A stretch of DNA of 64,000 bases from an uncultured delta proteobacterium (lineage in GTDB: Bacteria > Desulfobacterota > Binatia > UBA9968). Under the pieces are notes generated by a model, which saw nothing but the letters and a program-made list of their open reading frames with translations, ran no database searches and was not told the DNA's origin. Numbering within the stretch: position 1 is the stretch's first letter; each line of letters begins with the position of its first letter. Of the stretch, positions 20,918-31,741 are shown one piece after another. The translations under genes and the position numbers were made by a program. The stretch is from contig CAWJBB010000074.1 in assembly GCA_963840855.1 (NCBI GenBank), positions 1 to 64,000 of the forward strand, in the 5' to 3' direction.

Positions 20918-23900
20918 TTGAACGCGACGCTTTTACAACTATTGAAGGAGAGAATTCTCATTCTCGATGGCGCGATGGGGACGATGATCCAGACCCACAA
21001 GCTTGGCGAAAAGGAATTTCGCGGCGCGCGATTCGCGAATCATGCCAAAGATCTGAAGGGCTGCAACGATTTGTTGTGCATCACGCAGCCGGACTTGATT
21101 ACGGACATTCACGTTCAGTATCTCGAAGCCGGCGCCGATATTGTAGAGACCAACACCTTCAACTCGACATCGATCTCGATGGCCGATTACCACTTGGAGT
21201 CGCACGCCTACGAGTTGAATCTTGCCGGCGCGCGGGCAGCGAAGAGAGCAGTGGAACTGGTGACGACAAAAGACCCCTTGCGGCGGTGTTTTGTCGCCGG
21301 CGCCATCGGTCCTACCAATCGCACCTGCTCGATCTCCACCGACGTATCCAGCGCGGCGACCCGTGGCGTGACCTACGACGAACTGGTCGACGCCTATTAC
21401 GAGCAGGCGCGCGGTTTGATCGACGGCGGCGCCGATCTTTTGCTCGTCGAAACCATCTTCGACACGCTCAACTCGAAAGCGGCGTTCTTTGCGATCTTGA
21501 AACTGTTCGACGAACGCCAAATCAATTTGCCGCTGATGGCATCGGTCACATTCATTCAACCGGGCAGCAACCGCGGCGTGACTGGCCAGACCGTCGAAGC
21601 GTTTTGGAATTCGATTTCCCATGTACCGCTGTTGAGCGTCGGCATGAACTGCGCTTTGGGCCCCAAGGAAATGCGCCCGCTGATTGAAGAATTGGCACGG
21701 ATCGCGCCGATCTACGTCAGCACCCATCCCAACGCCGGACTGCCCGATCCGCTTCTGCCGACCGGATTCCCGGAAACTCCCGAGTCTTTGGCGCCGCAGT
21801 TGCGCGACTGGGTGGACAACGGCTGGCTCAACATCGTCGGCGGCTGCTGTGGCACGACGCCGGCGCATATCGCGGCGCTCGCGGCCGCCGTCAGAGGAGA
21901 GCCTCCGCGCGCTGTTCCCGAAGTCGACTCCTACTTGCGCTTGAGCGGTCTTGAAAGCGTGACCGTCCGGCCTGAGTCCAATTTTGTCAACATCGGCGAA
22001 CGAACCAATGTGACGGGCTCGCCGGTGTTCGCGAAGCTGATTCTCGCCGACGACTACGAAAAAGCCGTGAGCGTGGCGCGCCAGCAAGTCGAAGGCGGTG
22101 CGCAGATCATCGACGTGAATATGGACGAGGGCATGCTCGATTCCAAAGCAGCGATGGAAAAATTCCTGCGGCTCATCGCCGGCGAATCCGAAATTGCGCG
22201 AGTGCCGGTGATGGTCGATAGCTCCAAGTGGGAAGTGATCGAAGCGGGGCTCAAGTGCCTGCAAGGCAAAGGCATCGTCAACTCGATCAGCCTCAAGGAA
22301 GGGGAGGATAAATTCATCGCGCAAGCCCGGCTGGTTCGCCGCTATGGCGCGGCGGTGATCGTGATGGCTTTCGACGAACGGGGCCAGGCCGACACGTTCG
22401 AGCGAAAGATCGAAGTCTGCGCGCGAGCGTACAAGATTTTGACGGAGCAAATAGGCTTTCCGCCGCAGGAAATTATTTTTGATCCGAACATTCTCACCGT
22501 CGGCACGGGCATTGAAGAGCACAACAACTACGCCGTCAATTTCATCGAAGCGACGCGTTGGATCAAGCAGAACCTGCCGCGAGCAAAAGTCAGCGGCGGC
22601 GTGAGCAACATTTCTTTTTCGTTTCGCGGCAACAATCCTGTGCGCGAAGCGATGCATTCGGCCTTTTTATATCACGCTATCAAGGCCGGCATGGATATGG
22701 GCATCGTCAATCCCGGCATGCTCGCGGTATATGAAGAGATTCCCAAAGATTTGCTCGAACTCGTGGAAGACGTGCTGCTCAATCGTCGGCCCGATGCGAC
22801 GGAGCGGCTGGTTGGCTTTGCGGAGACGGTCAAGAAGACCGACAAAACCGTCATCAAGGACGATAACTGGCGTGATGGCACGGTTGAAGAGCGTTTGTCC
22901 CACGCGCTCGTCAAGGGCATCACGGATTTCATCGATCGAGACGTCGAAGAGGCACGGAAACAAATACGGCAAACCGTTGGCGGTCATCGAAGGGCCGCTG
23001 ATGGACGGCATGAACGTCGTCGGCGATCTCTTCGGCTCGGGCAAGATGTTTTTGCCTCAAGTGGTCAAAAGCGCGCGCGTCATGAAAAAAGCCGTGGCCT
23101 ATTTGACGCCATTTCTCGAGGCGGAGAAAAAAGCGACGCAGAACGTCGACCGGCGCACCAAGTTAGTGTTCGCCACGGTCAAAGGCGACGTGCACGATAT
23201 AGGTAAAAACATCGTCGGCGTGGTCTTGAGCTGCAACAATTACGACGTGATCGATCTCGGCGTCATGGTGCCGGCGGACAAAATCATCGACACGGCGATT
23301 GAAGAGAAAGCCGACATCATCGGTTTGAGCGGGCTTATTACGCCGTCACTGGACGAGATGGCCCATGTCGCCACCGAGATGACCCGGCGCGGTTTGAATG
23401 TCCCGCTGCTCATCGGTGGCGCAACGACGAGCAAGCGCCACACGGCGGTCAAGATCGCGCCGGCGTATAAGCATGAAACGATTCACGTGATCGACGCTTC
23501 CCGCGCCGTGCCGGTGGTCGGCGCATTGATGAGGCCCGACACACGCAAGGCGCTGGATACGCAAAATCGTAAAGATCAGGAGGAGGCCCGCGAACAGTTC
23601 GAAAACCGCGTCGGTACACAATTGCTGACCTACGAAGAGGCATTGCGCCACAAACTGCACACGGAATGGGACGATCAGCATATCGCCGTGCCGGAATTTA
23701 CGGGGCGGAAAGTCTTGAAAGATTTTCCTCTCGACGCGCTGGTGCCGTTTATCGACTGGTCACCGTTTTTTCACACCTGGGAAATTCGCGGCCGTTATCC
23801 GGATTTGCTAAGCGATCCGACCCGGGGCCCGGCAGCTCGCGAGTTGTTCGCCAACGCGCAGGAGCTACTCAATGAAATCGTCGAAAAGAGATTATTCACG

Positions 23901-24605
23901 GCCCACGGCGTCTACGGCTTTTTCCCGGCGAACAGCGACGGCGACGATATTATCGTTTATGCCGATGCGACGCGCGCGAACGAGCAGGCGCGCTTGCACA
24001 CGCTGCGCCAGCAGAAGGACAACCAGCGCGGCAAGCCGCAATTGGCGCTTGCCGACTTTATTGCGCCGCGCGAGAGCAGGCGGGTCGATTACATCGGCGC
24101 ATTTGCCGTTACGACAGGCCATGCTTGCCAGGATCTGGCGGAGCGCTTCGAAAAAGACCACGACCAATACAATTCCATCATGGCCAAGGCGCTGGCGGAC
24201 CGGCTCGCCGAAGCTTTTGCGGAGTGTCTGCACAAGCGCGCGCGCGCCGAGTGGGGCTACGGCAAAGAAGAGAAATTCAGCATAGAAGATCTGATCGCCG
24301 AGAAATATCGCGGCATTCGCCCGGCACCGGGTTATCCTGCCCAGCCCGACCACACGGAAAAGCCGATCATCTTCGACTTGCTGAACGTCGGCGAAGCCGC
24401 CGGCATAACGCTCACGGAAAGTTTCGCCATGTATCCGGCGGCGTCAGTGTGCGGGCTCTACTTCGCGCATTCTGAAGCACATTACTTTGCGGTGAATTCC
24501 ATCGGCAAGGACCAGGCGGAGTCCTACGCCGCCCGCAAGGGCATGACCGTGGCGGAAGTGGAACGCTGGCTGTCGCCGATCCTCGGCTACGATCCAGCTA
24601 AGTAG
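20918..24605 (+). CDS. metH: B12-dependent methionine synthase; one frameshift near 22963
   Basis: [29 protein letters not shown] (ORF 20918-23206); [44 protein letters not shown] (ORF 22731-24605); extra A in caaatac. Confidence 0.95.
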
Positions 24606-24792
24606 TCCTAGTGGGTCGGCATTGTAGCGATTAGCAGGTCATCGTCTCACTTGGGATAGGGCCCCCCGGAGGACGCTGGAGTACATCGCGTAGAAGTTGC
24701 CGGCTTTGGCGTGCACCGTCTGGCGCAGGCGACGGATCGAATCGTCCGCGCTGAATAGGGGTGTTCTTATTGGGTTTGTCATACGAGCTTCG

Positions 24793-25740
24793 CTACGGCA
24801 GAAAACTTAGATCGATTAGCTGCTGTGGGCTGAGCGTCTTAGCCTTGGGGTCATCTTCAACCGCGGCGTCGAGAACTAGTTGCATGCCTTTAACCGTCGG
24901 CTTCCCGTCGGTGGGCAGGGTTTTTTGCCGCAATGCGAAACCGATTTCCCCGACCTGGCGGTCGTCAACCTTCAAGAGTTGCATCGATTTCTTGATGGCC
25001 TCGTCCTTGTGGGAAAAATAGTATCGAATGGATTCAAGATATGCGCGCATGAAACGCCTTGCAGTGTCGCCCTGGGACTTGAGATAATCGGTGCGCGAGC
25101 CGATCCCAACATGCTGGTATTCGATGCCTTTCTCGACGAAATCCAGCAGTGCATTAAAACCCAGCTTTCGGCCGATGAAGGCGACATCCGGCGTTAACAC
25201 GGTGGCGTCAACGGCGCCGCTCTTCAGTGCGACCACGCGCGCGTCCTGGCCGCCCGTCTGAATTATTTGAATATCGCTCTTTGGATTGAGTCCCAGTTGT
25301 GTCGCGGCAAGTTTGACGACAAAATCCGTGTTGCTGCCAAAGCGGCTAATGCCGACTTTCTTGCCCTTGAGTTGTTCCGCGCGGGTGATGTTCTCCCGCG
25401 CCACGAGAACATAGGGCAAAAGGTTGTTCACGCCGCCGATCATTCTCAAATCGGCGCCTTTCAATTGCGCATAGACCAGGGGCGTTCCGCCGGCCAGTAA
25501 AAGATCCAAGCTTTTGCCGATGAGCGCCTGCATCGAAAGGGAACCACCGGGAATGTAAATCAGTTCCAGGTCAATACCGTGTTTCTTGAAAATCCCAACG
25601 TCTCGGGCAAGATAGAATACGGTCTCGTCCGAGAACCCATTATGACCGACTTTGACCGGAGTCAGTTGAGCCAAGGCACTGTTCGCGATGTTAATTAGCG
25701 GTACCAAAAACGAGAGAAATAAGAGCGAACGCAATCGCAT
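24793..25740 (-). CDS. NitT/TauT family ABC substrate-binding protein
   Basis: SD AAGGAGG, signal peptide, GIFKKHGID.EL, LKGKKVGISRFGSNT, C-terminal LIDLSFL. Confidence 0.85.
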   Translation of the reverse strand: MRLRSLLFLSFLVPLINIANSALAQLTPVKVGHNGFSDETVFYLARDVGIFKKHGIDLELIYIPGGSLSMQALIGKSLDLLLAGGTPLVYAQLKGADLRMIGGVNNLLPYVLVARENITRAEQLKGKKVGISRFGSNTDFVVKLAATQLGLNPKSDIQIIQTGGQDARVVALKSGAVDATVLTPDVAFIGRKLGFNALLDFVEKGIEYQHVGIGSRTDYLKSQGDTARRFMRAYLESIRYYFSHKDEAIKKSMQLLKVDDRQVGEIGFALRQKTLPTDGKPTVKGMQLVLDAAVEDDPKAKTLSPQQLIDLSFLP

Positions 25741-25806
25741 AATTCCCTCCTTTAAGTTCACGGTTCCAGAGACCGATTCCGCTGAGTGCCCGCCGGCATT
25801 TATCAT

Positions 25807-26889
25807 CTAATCTCGTATATCCTGTAGGAACCACCCGGTCGGGATCTCTTCACCCAAGCCGCGCCGTTTAGCCTCGCGGAAGACGAAGCCGGCGGTAGAA
25901 GCGAATTGCAAACCCTGCGTGCCGCTGTTGGCGAAGAAGGTTACCTGGTTTCGATCCGTACGGCCTTTGAGCTTGCCCGACATAACATCCGTCAATAGCG
26001 GGAAGTCCTGGGAAAAGATATCGACCTTCGGATTGGCTATGCGTTTGATTTCTTCCGCATTGCCGGCGACGACTGCGGCTTCGGCGCCGATCCGTATCTG
26101 GCCCTCGTCCAGATTCTTCGTCGCCCGGCCCATCTTGATCACCAAATCGGATTTCTTGACGATTTCGGGATTCCATTCATTCGCCTTCACGCAGGTCAGG
26201 TGCATGCCCGGCTCGATTAACCCTGGGTCGTTGACGACGACTTGAATAGAGTCGGTGCAGGTGGCCACGATGTCACAGCCGCGCACGGCGTCTTCTGATC
26301 GCTGCACCGGAGTAATCTTGATTCCGAGCTTTTGGCTCATCTCAGTGGCATAGGTTTCCCGGTTCGTTGTTGTCGGGCTGTAGATTTTTACTTCGCGGAT
26401 CTTTCTTACCTCGTTGAAAGCGAGCAGGTAGGCGCGCGCCATGCCGCCGGCGCCGAAGATACCGATGACTGCGGAGTCTTCACGTGATAAATACTTCGCG
26501 CCCAGCCCGGCGCAGCCGCCGACACGCATATGCTGGATGATACCGTCGTTGATAATGGCGAGAGGTTCGCCGTTGCGCGTGGAGAAAACCATGATAATGC
26601 CGCAAAAGGTGCCGGGCTCGACGCAATACTTTTCCACCGTCTTGCCTTCCGGCCATTCGAGCATGTCTGATTTCATGCGGATGGCGAAGGTTTCGAAGGT
26701 GCGCGACGCGCCTTCCATGGTACCCCAACGGTACATCAGTTTGGGATCGTCGTTGGGGACAAATAAATCGTAACGGCCGCGGTAGGCGGCGCGCTCATGG
26801 ATGAGATCGCGGTAGCCGATTTCGAGGGCCTCGATGCAGCCCTTCATGTCGAGGATGTTTGCCGCGGTTTGGTTGTTGATGAGTAACAT
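25807..26889 (-). CDS. Ornithine cyclodeaminase/mu-crystallin family protein
   Basis: GEPLAIINDG..QHMRVG, GIFGAGGMA Rossmann motif, DIV.TCTDS, G.QFA. Confidence 0.88.
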   Translation of the reverse strand: MLLINNQTAANILDMKGCIEALEIGYRDLIHERAAYRGRYDLFVPNDDPKLMYRWGTMEGASRTFETFAIRMKSDMLEWPEGKTVEKYCVEPGTFCGIIMVFSTRNGEPLAIINDGIIQHMRVGGCAGLGAKYLSREDSAVIGIFGAGGMARAYLLAFNEVRKIREVKIYSPTTTNRETYATEMSQKLGIKITPVQRSEDAVRGCDIVATCTDSIQVVVNDPGLIEPGMHLTCVKANEWNPEIVKKSDLVIKMGRATKNLDEGQIRIGAEAAVVAGNAEEIKRIANPKVDIFSQDFPLLTDVMSGKLKGRTDRNQVTFFANSGTQGLQFASTAGFVFREAKRRGLGEEIPTGWFLQDIRD

Positions 26890-26958
26890 CGGATCTCCGA
26901 TCGCGCTGGCACGATTCTATTTCGTAGTAAGGAGCTAAATGCAAGGGCACGAATAAGC

Positions 26959-26981
26959 AAAAACGCCGCCTCGCGGCGGCG
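26959..26981 (-). terminator. Intrinsic terminator after the DUF1178 gene
   Basis: Minus strand CGCCGCC-GCGA-GGCGGCG-TTTTT. Confidence 0.6.
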
Positions 26982-27022
26982 CTCATGATACAACTTTATC
27001 GATTGCGGTTGACGAGCGGATA

Positions 27023-27484
27023 TTAACTATCGAGTTCCGGTTTCGGCAGCGCGACGACGGGTATTCCCTCCGCCGCCAGTTCCTTGGTTTCTTCTACGGT
27101 GGCGGTGCCGTGGATGGGGCGTTCGTCTGCCTTGCCGTTGTGGATCTGCCGGGCTTCCTCGGCGAAGCGCGGGCCCACGTCCTCAAAGTTTTCATTGACG
27201 TAGTGATGCACCCGGATCAACATCTCCTTGAATTCGGCGGGTGACAACGCCGCGGCCGGCGCGGTGGTCTCGGCCTCTGATCGCTCTTTTTTGTTTTTGG
27301 GCGGCGCTAGCTCTTGCTTTTTTACGTGCACGGCGCAGGCGTGCGGCACTTTTTCGACTTTCTTGCTCCCACAGGTGGGGCAGGATATCTGTTTTTTGTC
27401 GGCCTGCTTCTGATACTCCTCGAAGTTCGGAAACCAACCTTCAAAGCTATGTTTCTTGCGGCAAACGAGATTGTAAATTACCAT
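27023..27484 (-). CDS. DUF1178 family protein
   Basis: MVIYNLVC..KHSFEGWF, CPTCGS..V.K, EDVG.RFAEEAR.IH.G....RPI.G.AT.EE...L..EGI. Confidence 0.88.
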   Translation of the reverse strand: MVIYNLVCRKKHSFEGWFPNFEEYQKQADKKQISCPTCGSKKVEKVPHACAVHVKKQELAPPKNKKERSEAETTAPAAALSPAEFKEMLIRVHHYVNENFEDVGPRFAEEARQIHNGKADERPIHGTATVEETKELAAEGIPVVALPKPELDS

Positions 27485-27587
27485 AGAATACTTAACCGTA
27501 ACGTAATGATTAAGGTCCTTCAGGCGGCTTGTCAAGGGCGCCCGGCCTTGGTTCTTTTTCGTTCGTGGTTCAGTTTCGCAAACATTT

Positions 27588-27689
27588 GCAGGAGCGATCC
27601 CCTGTGGTCGCCCGTCCCGCCCTTCGACAGTCTCAGGGCGTGGTGAGCCCGTCGAACCACGGAGGGCAGACACAGGGGTCTGCCCCTAC
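27588..27689. repeat. Inverted REP doublet (REPIN-like) with nested CCCTTCGACAGTCTCAGGG module
   Basis: GCAGGAGCGATCCCCTGTGGTCGCCC ... GGGCAGACACAGGGGTCTGCCCCTAC (reverse complement begins GTAGGGGC). Confidence 0.65.
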
Positions 27690-27776
27690 ATCGACGAATC
27701 GTTAATCAAATTGAACCCCTAGTTCTTGTGCTGGCAAGTTTGATGACGCAAAAACTCATGATAAGATCGGCGCTTG

Positions 27777-28938
27777 ATGGCGGAACACCTGGAGCTCAGA
27801 ATCGTACGCAAGATCGCCGAGGTCCCGCGTGATCGCTGGGATGATCTCGCCCGCGCCTGCTCGCCATTTCTACGCTGGGATTGGCTGGACTGCTTCGAGC
27901 AGACCGGCTGCGTCACCGAAGAAACCGGATGGCTGCCGCATCATCTGGTCGTTGAGCGGGGTAAGAATATTATCGCCGCGTGTCCCATGTACTTGAAGCT
28001 CCATAGCATGGGCGAATTCGTTTTCGACTGGGAGTGGGCCGACGCGGCCCAGCGCGCCGGCATTCAGTACTATCCCAAAATGCTGGTTGGCGTACCTTTT
28101 ACTCCCGTCACCGGACAGCGGTTTTTAACGGCGGCAGGTGAAGATCGGCGCCAAGCTGATTCAGTACTTGGGACAAGCCCTGGGCAAAATCGCCGCCGAC
28201 AACAAAATCTCATCGGTGCACGTAAATTTTTGCGTGGCGGACGAGCGTGAAGCCTTGGAAGAAGTAGGATTTGTCCCTCGTTCGGGTATTCAATACCACT
28301 GGCAAAACCACAATTTCAGCTCCTTCGACGACTACCTTGGAAGCTTTCGCAGCGAGCGCCGCAACAAGGTCAAGCGCGAGCGGCGCGAAGTGGCGCAACG
28401 CGGGATCGCCATTCGGGCATTTGAAGGTCCGGAATTGACTCAGGCCCATCTGCGATCAATGTTCCACCTGTATAAAGGTCATGTCGACCGGCACTATTAC
28501 GGTCGCCAATATCTCACAGAAGAGTTTTTCGACGAGATTCATCGCCGGTTCGCCGAAAATACTTGCCTCATGCTGGCGCAGCGTGATGGTAAAATCATCG
28601 CTGGCACGTTCAATATCCGCGATCACGTCGCCATGTACGGCCGTTACTGGGGCGCCTTCGAAGAGGTTCCCTTCCTTCACTTCAACGTCTGCTACTACTC
28701 TGCTATCGAACATTCCATTCAAATGGGGCTCAAGCGCTTTGAGGCCGGCGCCGGGGGCAGCTTCAAGCAGTTGCGCGGGCTCGACCCGGAGCACACGACA
28801 AGCGTTCATTTCATTGTCAACGGTAGCTTTCGCCGCGCGGTGGAGCGCTTTTTGACACAGGAACGCGAAATGATCCGGCACAAACGCGAGCTGTTGCTCG
28901 ATCAAAGTCAGCTCAAGCGCGATCCGCGCCAGCCGTAG
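27777..28938 (+). CDS. GNAT/FemAB-like protein (DUF482, peptidoglycan biosynthesis/recognition family); one frameshift near 28149
   Basis: P.YLK.HS.GEFVFDW.WA, YYPK....VPFTPVTG, SSVHVNF, QYHW.N, YGRYWG, LHF.VCYY, FEAGA.G..K..RG. Confidence 0.85.
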
Positions 28939-29008
28939 GTTTGGCGGATTGCGGCGCTTTTCTTGACAGACTGGGTTCTTTCCATTAACGTCGGCGCGGA
29001 GTGTACCC

Positions 29009-29785
29009 GTGAAATTTTCTTGGAAGGACGCCGCTGAGCCGATCGTATTTTTCCTCGCCCTGCTGGTGCTCTGGGAAATTCTCGTCGAAGTGATCAAGGT
29101 GCCGGCCTTCATCTTGCCGCCGCCGCGGGATCTCTGGACGGCGTTCATGAAAAAACTGCCGATTTTGGGCCACCATGCGGTGATCACTTTTATCGAAGCG
29201 TTCGGTGGCTTTGCTCTGTCGCTGGTGCTGGGAGTGGGTTTCGCCATTTCCGTGGTTTACTCGCGCCATCTGCAGAATACGATCTATCCATTGATCGTCA
29301 TTCTCTATGCCATGCCCAAAAGCGCGTTCGCGCCGCTGATGGTGATATGGGTTGGCTACGGTCTATTTTCCAAGATTGCGATTGCCTTTCTCGTCGCGTT
29401 TTTTCCCATCGTCGTGAACACCGTCGTTGGCCTCAAGGAAGTTGAGCCAGAGCTATTAGAACTGGCGCGCGTTAACCGCGGCTCAGCGTACGATATCTTT
29501 AAGAAGATTCGCCTGCCCAATTCATTGCCTTATATGTTTGCCGGCATCAAAGTTGCCATCGTGCTTTCGGTCACCGGCGCGATCGTGGCGGAGTTCGTCG
29601 CGGCGAACGAGGGACTTGGTTATCTGGTTTTACAAGCCAACTACAGTTTGGACACGGCGTTCGCGTTGGTGATCCTGCTCATTTTGGCGGTGTTGTCGTT
29701 GGGGCTTTTCTGGCTGGCGGAGATTTGTCAGAGAAAGTTAGCCCCCTGGAGCGCGGCGGTTCGGGAAGTCGAAGGCTCGTTTTGA
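29009..29785 (+). CDS. NitT/TauT family ABC transporter permease
   Basis: FILPPP, PKSAFAPL..IW.GYG, FFPIVVNT..GL, LP.SLPY.FAG.K, GAIVAEFV. Confidence 0.92.
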   Translation: MKFSWKDAAEPIVFFLALLVLWEILVEVIKVPAFILPPPRDLWTAFMKKLPILGHHAVITFIEAFGGFALSLVLGVGFAISVVYSRHLQNTIYPLIVILYAMPKSAFAPLMVIWVGYGLFSKIAIAFLVAFFPIVVNTVVGLKEVEPELLELARVNRGSAYDIFKKIRLPNSLPYMFAGIKVAIVLSVTGAIVAEFVAANEGLGYLVLQANYSLDTAFALVILLILAVLSLGLFWLAEICQRKLAPWSAAVREVEGSF

Positions 29786-29810
29786 TTCTTTGTTTGTGGA
29801 GGTTTCAACG

Positions 29811-30817
29811 ATGCTTAAGTTCCATCGGTTGATGGGGCAAGTCGGCGCATTGGCGCTCGTCGTTCTTGGCGTGGGTGCCGTGGCGCGGGCTGCCGAGCTT
29901 ACGCCAGCGAACATTCGCATGGATTTTATTATCGGCGGGAAGCATGCGCCATGGTATGTGGCGTTAGAAAAAGGTTTTTACGCCAAGCGCGGATTGGCGG
30001 CGACGATTCAGTCGAGCACGGGTTCGGCGGATACGCTGCGAACGATAGGCGCCGGCGGCGCCGACTTCGGTTTTGCCGATATTTCAACGACCCTCGTCGC
30101 CGCTCCCGTGGCACACCAGTGCAGACGGTCGCGCAGTTCGGCTACGTTCCCGCGACCATTTTGTGGCGTGAAGATACGAACATAAAGCAACTCAAAGATC
30201 TGGAAGGCAAGACCTATGCGATCAGTCCCGGCCAAGCCCAATGGTATTTGATGCCCGCCTATTGCCGCATCAATAAGATCGACTACAAAGCCATTCAGCA
30301 TTCAAGAGACGGCGGCGCCGCTCCAGCCTGCGGCGTTGGCGACGAAGAAGGCAGATTTTATCGTCATGTACCGCGCCTCAAACGACGAGATCGCCGAACT
30401 GGCGGCAAGCAAGGTGGGAGTTAAGCTTTCAACCGGATTTTCATGAAAGATACCGGACTCGATATCTACGGCACGGGTCTGCTCGTGAAGGAAGATGACG
30501 CGAAGAAGCGCCCGGAGTTCGTGCGCGCCTATGTCGAGGGGACTCTGGAGGGTTTGCGCTATGCGCGGGATAATCAAGAAGAGGCACTCCAAATACTGCT
30601 CAAACACAAACCGGAGCTGGACCAATATTTAGTGACCTTGCAATTGAAGAATGCCCTGACCGAGGTCTTTCTCCCGCCGGAGTCGATTCAGTCGGGCTTG
30701 GGTTACATGAGGCCCGACATCACGGAAAAAACCGTGAAGATCGTCAACGAGTTTTTCGATATGGGTCGGAAAGTGACAGCCAAGGAAGTCTTCAGCAACC
30801 AGTTTATCAAGCGATAA
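29811..30817 (+). CDS. NitT/TauT (NMT1/THI5-like) substrate-binding protein; three frameshifts (~30101, ~30296, ~30429)
   Basis: SD GGAGG and signal peptide; HAPWYVALEKGFY; the protein can be read continuously across frame segments through to EVFSNQFIKR. Confidence 0.8.
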
Positions 30818-30842
30818 CTCATCGAAGGCTATAACCCACGCC

Positions 30843-31637
30843 GTGCCGCCTCTGATCGCCATCGAAGAAGTCTCACGCGTCTTTACCGGCGGCGCTCGAA
30901 CGGTGACGGCGCTGGAAAACGTTTCTTTTGAAATTCAAGCTGGAAATTTCGTCTCCATCGTCGGACCGAGCGGTTGCGGCAAGAGCACGTTACTGAAGAT
31001 CATTTGCGGACTCTTGCCGGCTTCCTCGGGCGCGGTCTCTGTTAGCGGGCGGCGGGTCGACCAGCCTTTAGAAAACGTCGGCATGGTGTTTCAAGCGCCC
31101 GTGCTGCTCAAGTGGCGCTCGGTGCTCGGCAACGTTCTTTTGCCCGTGGAGTTCGCCAAACTTGATATTGCGGGCTATGCCGACAAGGCCCGCGGTTTGA
31201 TCAAGCTAGTGGGTTTAGGGGGGTTTGAGGAGATGTATCCGCACGAGCTTTCCGGCGGCATGCAGCAACGCGCTTCTCTCTGCCGCGCTCTAGTGACGGA
31301 CCCGCAACTTTTGCTGATGGACGAGCCCTTTGGCGCGCTGGATGCGATGACGCGCGATGAGCTTGACATGGAGCTTCTGCGGATCTGGGAAGAGCGCAAG
31401 AAGACCGTTTTGTTTGTCACCCACAGCATTCAAGAAGCGGTATTTCTTTCCGATCAGGTCTTTGTCATGTCGGCGCGTCCGGGCAGGCTGTTGGAGACTA
31501 TTCCTATAGAGCTGCCGCGACCCCGGACAATGGAAATGATGAGCGCGGTAAGATTCGGCGAGTACACACTTAAAATCCGCGCGCTGCTTGCCGCGGCCGG
31601 CGGCGCCGCGGGGCCGGTGGTTGGCTCCACCATGTGA
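30843..31637 (+). CDS. NitT/TauT ABC ATP-binding protein
   Basis: GPSGCGKST, LSGGMQQR, LLMDEPFGALD, VTHSI.EAV.LSD. Confidence 0.95.
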   Translation: MPPLIAIEEVSRVFTGGARTVTALENVSFEIQAGNFVSIVGPSGCGKSTLLKIICGLLPASSGAVSVSGRRVDQPLENVGMVFQAPVLLKWRSVLGNVLLPVEFAKLDIAGYADKARGLIKLVGLGGFEEMYPHELSGGMQQRASLCRALVTDPQLLLMDEPFGALDAMTRDELDMELLRIWEERKKTVLFVTHSIQEAVFLSDQVFVMSARPGRLLETIPIELPRPRTMEMMSAVRFGEYTLKIRALLAAAGGAAGPVVGSTM

Positions 31638-31741
31638 AATTCGCTCAACCCTGCGCTATGATGCGACGGTAGGGGGCGTATGGCGATACGCCCGTACTCA
31701 CCTGAAATCATCGCGGCAAAGACAACCCCAAAAATAACCCA

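Noticed and set aside
20939-22657. 572-aa antisense ORF, and similar long shadow ORFs such as 1953-3083, 44466-45464, 50915-51823, 52109-53050 and 60259-61026
   Set aside because: They overlap well-supported genes and have no motifs; expected from high-GC codon bias.
27485-27673. N-terminal extension of the DUF1178 ORF (also extensions of ORFs 49070-49813, 55510-56688 and 6497-7246)
   Set aside because: The extensions run through repeats, promoters or neighbouring genes; family motifs begin at downstream starts.
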